The notes beneath the pieces were generated by a model. The model worked only from the letters and a program-made list of their open reading frames with translations. It searched no databases and was not told the origin of the DNA. From contig NZ_CP026530.1 in the NCBI RefSeq assembly GCF_004006315.1, forward strand, positions 585,889 through 617,888: a stretch of DNA of 32,000 nucleotides. The letters run 5' to 3'. The position numbers were made by a program, and so were the translations under genes. Below, piece by piece: positions 25,377-32,000 of this stretch (its first letter is position 1; each line of letters opens with the position of its first letter). The DNA is from Nautilia sp. PV-1. Its GTDB lineage: Bacteria > Campylobacterota > Campylobacteria > Campylobacterales > Nautiliaceae.

Positions 25377-27977
25377 ATGGATAGAATATTTGAAAAATTA
25401 ACAAATCAAATGATGGAAGCACTTGAATCAGGTTTAAGTCTGGCATTACACAACAAAAACCCGGAAGTACATCCTTTACATATAGTATGGGGGCTTGTGA
25501 CTAATACAAATACGGTATTAAACCAGGCTTTAAACAAAATGGGAGTTGACAAAGTTGCTATTGAGCTTGAACTTAAAAGCGCGGTAGACAGACTTCCAAA
25601 AGTTGACAATATCACAAAAGAATCAATTAAAATAGGAAGGGAATTAATTGAAAGTCTGCAAAAAGCCGAAGGTCTTGCTACTAAACTCGGAGATCAGTAT
25701 GTAGCGGTTGATACATGGCTTATTGCAAACCTTGAGAGATTTAAAGACACTCTAGGAAAATTTGTAGATTTATTCGAACTTAAAAAAACTCTTGAAGCAA
25801 TAAGAGGTGATAAAAAGATTGAAAGCAAAAGTGCGGATGAAACACTTGACGCATTAAATAAATACGGAATCGACCTTACTGCAAAAGCGAGAGAAGGTAA
25901 ACTTGACCCTGTAATCGGAAGAGACGAAGAAATCAACAGAATGATGCAGATTCTTATCAGAAAAACTAAAAACAATCCGATTTTACTTGGTGAGCCTGGG
26001 GTTGGTAAAACAGCGCTTGTAGAGGGGCTTGCTCAAAGAATAGTTAAAAAAGAAGTACCGACAAGTCTTCAAAACAAACAGATAGTAGCTCTTGATATGA
26101 CAGCACTTATTGCGGGTGCTAAATACAGAGGTGAGTTTGAAGACAGACTAAAAGCCGTTGTGGATGAAGTAAAACAAAATCCTAACATTATATTATTTAT
26201 AGACGAAATTCACACAATCGTCGGTGCAGGTGCCAGCGAGGGAAGTATGGACGCTGCCAACATATTAAAACCTGCACTTGCAAGGGGAGAACTCAGAACA
26301 ATCGGTGCGACAACACTTAAAGAATACAGAAAATATTTTGAAAAAGACGCGGCTCTTCAAAGAAGATTCCAGCCTGTAATGGTAAACGAGCCAAGCGTAA
26401 ATGAAGCAATCAGAATCTTAAGAGGTCTAAAAGAAAGACTAGAAGCGCATCATAACGTTATTATTAAAGATGAAGCGATTGTAGCTGCGGCAAAACTGAC
26501 TGACAGATATATCAGTGACAGATTCCTGCCGGATAAAGCAATCGACGCAATTGACGAAGCTGCGGCTGAAATCAAAATGCAAATCGAAAGCGAACCGTTC
26601 GAGCTTGCAAAAATTAAAAGAGAAATCGAACAGCTGATGGTTGAAAAAGAGGCTCTTCAGATGGAAGGTGAGAGCGATAAGTCTAAAAAAAGACTTGCTG
26701 AAATTGAAAAAGAACTCGCTAATCTTGAAGAAGAAAAAAGAAGACTTGAAGCTAAATTCGAAGAAGAAAAAAGAGTTCTTAAAGAAATAGCCGAAATTAA
26801 ACAGCAGATTGAAGAGCTAAAAGTTCAGGCAGATATCGCTAAAAGAGAAGGTAACTTCCAAAAAGCGGCAGAAATTGAATACGGAAAAGTTGTAGAACTT
26901 ACCAAAAAATTAGAAGAGCTTGAGAAAAAATGGGACGAAATGTTAAAAGAAGGTACGCTTCTTAAAAACGCTGTTGACGAAGAAGCGGTAGCAGACGTAG
27001 TAAGCAAATGGACAGGTATTCCTGTAAATAAAATGTTGCAAAGCGAGCTTGAAAAAATATTACATATTGAAGACGAGCTCAAAAAATGGGTAGTCGGACA
27101 GGATGAAGCCATAAAAGCGGTAGCAAGAGCGATCAAAAGAAATAAAGCCGGACTTGGTGATCCAAATAGACCAATCGGAAGCTTTATGTTCCTAGGACCT
27201 ACAGGGGTAGGTAAAACAGAAACAGCTAAAACGTTGGCAAGATTCTTGTTTGATGATGAAAAAGCGATGATCAGATTTGATATGTCTGAATATATGGATA
27301 AAATAAGTGTATCTAAACTAATCGGTGCTGCGCCTGGTTACGTAGGATACGAAGAAGGCGGACAGCTTACAGAAGCTGTAAGAAGAAGACCGTACAGCGT
27401 AATTCTGTTCGATGAAATCGAAAAAGCGCATCCGGATGTATTCAACATCCTGTTACAGGTGCTTGACGACGGTAGACTTACAGATAATAAAGGTGTGACA
27501 GTAGACTTTAAAAACACAATTATTATCTTAACAAGTAACATCGCAAGTGATATTATTATGGAAATTAAAGATCCGGAAGCAAGAAAAGAAGCAGTTTGGG
27601 CTGAACTTAAAAGAAGAATGAAACCGGAATTCTTAAACAGACTTGACGATGTAGTGGTATTTAACCCGCTTGGCAAAGAGCAGGTTAAAGAAATCGTTGA
27701 CATATTGCTTAGAAAAATTACAAAAAGACTCAGTGAAAGAGAAATCGAACTTACTCTTACAGACAGAGTTAAAGAAGTTATCGCTGAGGTTGGATTCGAT
27801 CCGATTTTCGGTGCAAGACCTCTTAAAAGAGCGCTTGCCGAAATTATCGAAGACAGACTTGCCGAACTTATCCTTGAAGGAAAAGTTAAAGAAGGCGACA
27901 GAGTTGAATTCGACGCGGATGATAACAGTATCATCATTAAAGTTAACGATCAGGAAGTTGCAAGAGATCCTAGATAA
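25377..27977 (+). CDS. clpB: ATP-dependent chaperone/disaggregase ClpB
   Basis: 866 aa with a GGAGG RBS. Two AAA+ modules ([16 protein letters not shown]), a long coiled-coil middle domain, and a Clp N-domain. Confidence 0.97.
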   Translation: MDRIFEKLTNQMMEALESGLSLALHNKNPEVHPLHIVWGLVTNTNTVLNQALNKMGVDKVAIELELKSAVDRLPKVDNITKESIKIGRELIESLQKAEGLATKLGDQYVAVDTWLIANLERFKDTLGKFVDLFELKKTLEAIRGDKKIESKSADETLDALNKYGIDLTAKAREGKLDPVIGRDEEINRMMQILIRKTKNNPILLGEPGVGKTALVEGLAQRIVKKEVPTSLQNKQIVALDMTALIAGAKYRGEFEDRLKAVVDEVKQNPNIILFIDEIHTIVGAGASEGSMDAANILKPALARGELRTIGATTLKEYRKYFEKDAALQRRFQPVMVNEPSVNEAIRILRGLKERLEAHHNVIIKDEAIVAAAKLTDRYISDRFLPDKAIDAIDEAAAEIKMQIESEPFELAKIKREIEQLMVEKEALQMEGESDKSKKRLAEIEKELANLEEEKRRLEAKFEEEKRVLKEIAEIKQQIEELKVQADIAKREGNFQKAAEIEYGKVVELTKKLEELEKKWDEMLKEGTLLKNAVDEEAVADVVSKWTGIPVNKMLQSELEKILHIEDELKKWVVGQDEAIKAVARAIKRNKAGLGDPNRPIGSFMFLGPTGVGKTETAKTLARFLFDDEKAMIRFDMSEYMDKISVSKLIGAAPGYVGYEEGGQLTEAVRRRPYSVILFDEIEKAHPDVFNILLQVLDDGRLTDNKGVTVDFKNTIIILTSNIASDIIMEIKDPEARKEAVWAELKRRMKPEFLNRLDDVVVFNPLGKEQVKEIVDILLRKITKRLSEREIELTLTDRVKEVIAEVGFDPIFGARPLKRALAEIIEDRLAELILEGKVKEGDRVEFDADDNSIIIKVNDQEVARDPR

Positions 27978-28093
27978 AAGGGCTCTTGCTTACTTTATTT
28001 GTTTATTAAAAGTGACAGACACTAATTATTATTTAATTTTAGCTTTATTTGTGTCATAAATGTGTCTGTAGAATATATTGATACGACAATTAT

Positions 28094-28122
28094 TTGACAA
28101 AATGAATATTTGTTTATATAAT
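28094..28122 (+). promoter_or_regulatory. Consensus sigma70-type promoter ahead of the membrane-protein/PAS/MCP genes
   Basis: TTGACA (28094-28099), a 17-nt spacer, then TATAAT (28117-28122), 25 nt upstream of the ATG at 28148. Confidence 0.7.
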
Positions 28123-28147
28123 TTTTCAAAACAGATGAGGGGGAGAG

Positions 28148-28513
28148 ATGAACCTGCTGTATATGCATATGATGGTAGTATTTTGTTGGGGTTTGTTTAT
28201 GGTGTCTTTGGCTAAGTCGGTTGGATGTAAAGAAAATTCAAAATTACTTGCAATAATCAGTATTGTGTTTATGGGACTGGTGCTTTATCTGGGTACGAAG
28301 TTGATGCTCGCAATGCCTGGTATTTCAAAAAGCGGAAACTGGCTTCATGTTAAGCTTTCCATAGATATACTTGCAATGATTACAAATATTTATCTTTCAT
28401 ATTTGGCTTTTAGAAACAAGAATACTTCAAAACTTCTTTCACAGATTCTGTACTGGGGAAGTGTTGTTATGTTTGTATGCATGTATTATTTAACATTATT
28501 TAAACCTTTTTAA
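28148..28513 (+). CDS. Small integral membrane protein (about 4 TM), family uncertain
   Basis: 121 aa with a purine-rich RBS GAGGGGGAGAG and four hydrophobic segments. Possibly SirB-like, but I cannot support that from motifs. Confidence 0.5.
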   Translation: MNLLYMHMMVVFCWGLFMVSLAKSVGCKENSKLLAIISIVFMGLVLYLGTKLMLAMPGISKSGNWLHVKLSIDILAMITNIYLSYLAFRNKNTSKLLSQILYWGSVVMFVCMYYLTLFKPF

Positions 28514-28541
28514 GGTGTGAATAAAGGAAAAAGGAGAAAAA

Positions 28542-29126
28542 ATGATTGACCAGGCAAGGATTGACGAGAAGTTGAAAGCCGGAAAAAGGCTTTCCAAGCT
28601 TGATGCTCCTAAAACTATTACCAATGATGAAAAAGTAATGAGCGAAAATGATTTTATCGTTTCCAAAACTGATACAAAAGGATACATAACATATTGTAAC
28701 AGAATATTTGTGAATATGGCCGGTTGGAGCAGAAAAGAGCTTATAGGTGCAAATCACAATATAATCCGTCATCCTCATATGCCGAAAATCGCTTTTAAAA
28801 TTTTATGGGATCTGATTCAGGCTAAACATGAGTTTTTCGGTTTTGTAAAAAATTTAAGAAAAGACGGAGGATATTACTGGGTTTTGGCTTATATTACCCC
28901 GGATTTGGATCTGAACGGAAATATTATAGGATATACCTCTTTTAGAAAAAAACCGTCAAGAAAAGGAATAGAAACTATAGAACCGATATATGAACAATTG
29001 GTAGATGCAGAAAAAAGCGGAGGAATCAGCGCCAGTTATGAACTGCTTAAGAAACTGTTAAAAGCCGATGACGAAACGGTTGTAGATAAGTATCACGAAT
29101 TAGTATTTAACTTGCAAAAAGGGTAA
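28542..29126 (+). CDS. Soluble Aer-type PAS-domain sensor (CetB-like energy-taxis protein)
   Basis: 194 aa. TDTKGYITYCNRIFVNMAGWSRKELIGANHNIIRHPHMP...KNLRKDGGYYWV matches the Aer/CetB-type (FAD-binding class) PAS. AAGGAG RBS. Confidence 0.8.
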   Translation: MIDQARIDEKLKAGKRLSKLDAPKTITNDEKVMSENDFIVSKTDTKGYITYCNRIFVNMAGWSRKELIGANHNIIRHPHMPKIAFKILWDLIQAKHEFFGFVKNLRKDGGYYWVLAYITPDLDLNGNIIGYTSFRKKPSRKGIETIEPIYEQLVDAEKSGGISASYELLKKLLKADDETVVDKYHELVFNLQKG

Positions 29127-29129
29127 AAA

Positions 29130-30602
29130 ATGAAATTTAAAGAAATGTTAACATTAAGATTTATTGCGATTTTAATTGCAAATTTTTTGCTTTTAGCTTA
29201 TATGATTTATCTTAAGCAGTATATTGCAGTAGGAGTATATGTTGTTTTTATAATACTGGCATATTTTTTACCCTCTAATAAAAAGAGGGAGTCAGACCAT
29301 AAAAATATTTTTCAAAAAATCGGCAAAACCGTCGATGACGCTTACAATGGAAAACTTTCCAGCAGAGTACTCTTGGACGGAGAAAGTACTTTGGAAGAAC
29401 AGATAGGCTGGAATATAAATGAAATGCTTGATCAGATAGAAGATCTGCTCAGAGAATCCAAAAACACAATACAGGCTATTATAAACGGAGACGAATACAG
29501 ATATATAATGCCAAGTGGGCTTCACGGAGAATTCAGAAACGTTGCTTTGGAATTTGAAAAGGCGATTGAATCTCTGAAAGTATCAAAAAAAGTTGAAAGA
29601 ATAAGCGCGCTTTCTAAAAAGTTTATTGAAATAGACGGCGGTGTTACCGCAAATATGGAAAGAGTCGGAAATGAAATTTATGAAATAGACAACGCATTTA
29701 AAGAAATAACCGCAAAAGTTAAAGCTTCTACAACACAGGCTGACAAAACATATTATTTAATGCAGGAAAGCAAAAACGATTTTACTCTTCTTAGCGAAAA
29801 AGTTCAGGAAACATCCAATGAAATAACCCAGATGGCTGAAAATATTCATTCGATTTCCAATATTGTGGAACTTATTAAAGATATCGCCGACCAGACAAAT
29901 CTGCTTGCTTTAAACGCGGCGATTGAAGCAGCCAGAGCCGGAGAACACGGAAGAGGGTTTGCCGTTGTCGCCGACAACGTAAGAGACTTGGCTGAAAGAA
30001 CGCAAAAAGCCACAAACGAAATTGCCATTACAATACAAACCCTGCAGCAGCAGTTTAACGGTATAGAGGAAAACACTAACCAGGTTGTTAAAATCGGAGA
30101 CAAATCTTATGAAACGCTTCAGAATTTTGAGCAGGTGCTTGATATTCTGAAAAAAGAACTTACAGAAGTGAGTACCATTTCAGACAAAAACACATTAAAG
30201 CTTATTTTTATTACATTTAAAATATCTCATATTATCTATAAATCAAATATATATTCTGCCATTACGAAAGAAAAAGTTGAAGACGAAATCTTAAGTATTA
30301 CGGATAAAAACTGCAAACTAGGCGAATGGCTCAATAAACCTGAAATTAAAGAAATGTTAAAAGGATTTAAGGATCTGAACAATTTGATGAAATACCATAA
30401 ATTAATACATGATATAGGTATTGAAATACTTGAAAGAGTAAGAAAAGAAGGTATAACCAAACAAAATCCAAAATGGTATTACGAAAGACTGCTTGAGCTT
30501 GAAAAATATGCTAAACTTACGTTCCAAGAATTAGACAAATTAGCAGAATATGCTACAAAAGAAAATATTGTAGCGGATTTACTTGAAAAATCTAAGGAGT
30601 AA
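29130..30602 (+). CDS. Methyl-accepting chemotaxis protein (CetA-like membrane hairpin, no periplasmic domain) with a C-terminal CZB zinc-binding domain
   Basis: Two adjacent TM helices at aa about 10-47. MCP core [40 protein letters not shown]. The C-terminus has H (ISHIIY), C (NCKLGEWL) and HxxxH (HKLIH), the 3His/1Cys CZB pattern. Confidence 0.85.
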   Translation: MKFKEMLTLRFIAILIANFLLLAYMIYLKQYIAVGVYVVFIILAYFLPSNKKRESDHKNIFQKIGKTVDDAYNGKLSSRVLLDGESTLEEQIGWNINEMLDQIEDLLRESKNTIQAIINGDEYRYIMPSGLHGEFRNVALEFEKAIESLKVSKKVERISALSKKFIEIDGGVTANMERVGNEIYEIDNAFKEITAKVKASTTQADKTYYLMQESKNDFTLLSEKVQETSNEITQMAENIHSISNIVELIKDIADQTNLLALNAAIEAARAGEHGRGFAVVADNVRDLAERTQKATNEIAITIQTLQQQFNGIEENTNQVVKIGDKSYETLQNFEQVLDILKKELTEVSTISDKNTLKLIFITFKISHIIYKSNIYSAITKEKVEDEILSITDKNCKLGEWLNKPEIKEMLKGFKDLNNLMKYHKLIHDIGIEILERVRKEGITKQNPKWYYERLLELEKYAKLTFQELDKLAEYATKENIVADLLEKSKE

Positions 30603-30603
30603 G

Positions 30604-31908
30604 ATGTTAAGATTTGCGCCGAGTCCGACAGGTGATATGCATATAGGTAATTTAAGAGTTGCTATTTTTAACTATATAGTTGCAAAACAGAAAAACGAAA
30701 AACTTTTAATAAGAATAGAAGATACGGATAAAGAAAGAAATATAGAAGGCAAAGATGTTGAAATACTGAATATTTTAAAATTATTCGGTATAGAATACGA
30801 TAACGTTGTTTACCAGTCCGCAAATTTACATTTGCATCAGGAAATGGCAAAAAAACTGCTTGATTTTAAAAAAGCGTTTGTCTGTTTCTGTGATGAAGAA
30901 GAGATAAATTTTCAAAGGGAAAAAGCAAAAATTGAAAAAAGACCTTACAGATACAGCGGTAAGTGTGAAAGTCTTTCAAGTGAAGAGATAAGAAACAAAA
31001 TTGAAAAAAAGATACCGTTTGTGGTGAGACTCAGAAAACCGCAGCACAATATAAAATTTAACGATTTAATCAAAGGCGAATTTGATTTTTCACCTTTTGA
31101 AATAGACAGTTTTATTATTATGAGAAAAGATTTTACGCCTACATATAACTTTGCGTGCTCTATTGACGATATGCTGTATGACATTACTCTGGTAATAAGA
31201 GGAGAAGACCATCTGAGCAATACTCCTAAGCAGATAGCAATAAGAGAGGCGTTAGGCTATGATAAAGAGATAAAATATGCACATTTGCCAATCATTCTTA
31301 ATGAAGAAGGCAAAAAAATGAGCAAGCGTGACAGTGCCAGCTCTGTTAAATGGCTTTTGGAAGAAGGGTTTTTGCCTGAAGCGATTGCCAATTATCTGAT
31401 ACTGCTAGGTAACAGTTTCGAAAACGAGATATTTACTTTAAAAGAAGCCATAGAGTTTTTTGATATTACTAAAATTTCAAAAGCACCGGCAAAATTCGAT
31501 TTAGGGAAACTCAGATTTATAAATAAAGAACATATGAAAAGAATAGAAAAACTTACTCATTATATTGCGTACCATGAAGAGTACGAACCGTTGGCAAAAC
31601 TGTATCTTGATGAAGTTTCAACTATAAAAGAGCTTAAAGAAAAACTTGACAATATATTTTCAAAACAAAACTTTAACGAATTTACAGAAGAAGTGGAAAT
31701 ATTAAAACAGGAAATTTTAAACAGCGAACTTGAAGACGATTATAACGATTTCAAGAAAAGAATTATGAACAATACCGGTTTAAAAGGTAAAAAACTGTTT
31801 ATGCCTCTTAGAATGATAATGGTCGGTTCAAAACAGGGTCCTGAAATAAAAGATTTATATGCTATAATGAAACCGTACCTGAAAATGATTATTAAGGAGT
31901 ATAGATGA
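30604..31908 (+). CDS. gltX: Glutamate--tRNA ligase
   Basis: [17 protein letters not shown] (HIGH) and KMSKR (KMSKS). The ATG at 30604 is preferred over 30583 because AAGGAG lies 5 nt upstream and the MCP stops at 30602. Confidence 0.93.
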   Translation: MLRFAPSPTGDMHIGNLRVAIFNYIVAKQKNEKLLIRIEDTDKERNIEGKDVEILNILKLFGIEYDNVVYQSANLHLHQEMAKKLLDFKKAFVCFCDEEEINFQREKAKIEKRPYRYSGKCESLSSEEIRNKIEKKIPFVVRLRKPQHNIKFNDLIKGEFDFSPFEIDSFIIMRKDFTPTYNFACSIDDMLYDITLVIRGEDHLSNTPKQIAIREALGYDKEIKYAHLPIILNEEGKKMSKRDSASSVKWLLEEGFLPEAIANYLILLGNSFENEIFTLKEAIEFFDITKISKAPAKFDLGKLRFINKEHMKRIEKLTHYIAYHEEYEPLAKLYLDEVSTIKELKEKLDNIFSKQNFNEFTEEVEILKQEILNSELEDDYNDFKKRIMNNTGLKGKKLFMPLRMIMVGSKQGPEIKDLYAIMKPYLKMIIKEYR

Positions 31909-32000
31909 ATACGTTATTGATATCTATATTGCAGTTTATATCCATTTTAATAAGTATTTATATATGGGTTGTAATTATTGCCGCGCTTATTACCTGGGTG
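31905..32000 (+). CDS. YggT-family membrane protein (3'-truncated by window edge)
   Basis: ATGA overlap with gltX. The hydrophobic start [32 protein letters not shown] resembles the YggT N-terminus. Only 32 codons are visible. Confidence 0.5.
   Translation, partial: MNTLLISILQFISILISIYIWVVIIAALITWV

Noticed and set aside
25406-27937. Several minus-strand ORFs (69-199 aa, Ser/Leu/Phe-rich) inside clpB
   Set aside because: These are shadow ORFs antisense to a GAA/AAA/GCT-rich gene. They have low-complexity S/L/F composition and no RBS, and clpB is unambiguous on the plus strand.
30583-30603. Upstream ATG (30583) as the gltX start
   Set aside because: It would overlap the MCP gene by 20 nt and add MKNLRSK before the conserved [10 protein letters not shown]. 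The AAGGAG RBS is positioned for the ATG at 30604.

Overview
AT-rich chromosomal window that looks like a Campylobacterota genome, probably Nautiliales-like. This is inferred from peb4-fba synteny, a six-gene Ech-type group 4 [NiFe] hydrogenase, CetAB-like energy-taxis genes and overall gene content. Left to right: peb4 (5'-truncated), fba, a PLP enzyme of the ACC-deaminase family, echABCDEF, a 2-hydroxyacid dehydrogenase plus a small tetraheme cytochrome c lipoprotein, a convergent NIT-domain chemoreceptor, and a tRNA operon (Lys-Glu-Val-Asp). A ~5.2-kb integrative mobilizable element sits in the 3' end of tRNA-Asp, bounded by an exact 18-nt direct repeat. It carries int, xis, a MOBV-like relaxase, an oriT-like inverted repeat and a three-gene cargo operon. 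Downstream are a crcB / M90-peptidase / YkgJ operon, a tightly overlapping ctpA-purC-purS-purQ-M23-SH3-plsC operon, clpB, a membrane protein / PAS / MCP-CZB taxis module, gltX and the start of a yggT-like gene. The best candidate for something undescribed is the island cargo: a 221-aa orphan protein followed by two translationally coupled, divergent DUF488 paralogs. Other points worth a second look are a shared hairpin-SD leader on two convergent transcription units, three exact TTGACA-N17-TATAAT promoters, a HAIR-like operator on clpB, and arm-type integrase repeats at both island ends. No CRISPR array, rRNA, IS element or riboswitch was seen. All family assignments come from motif recognition by eye, and no database search was run.
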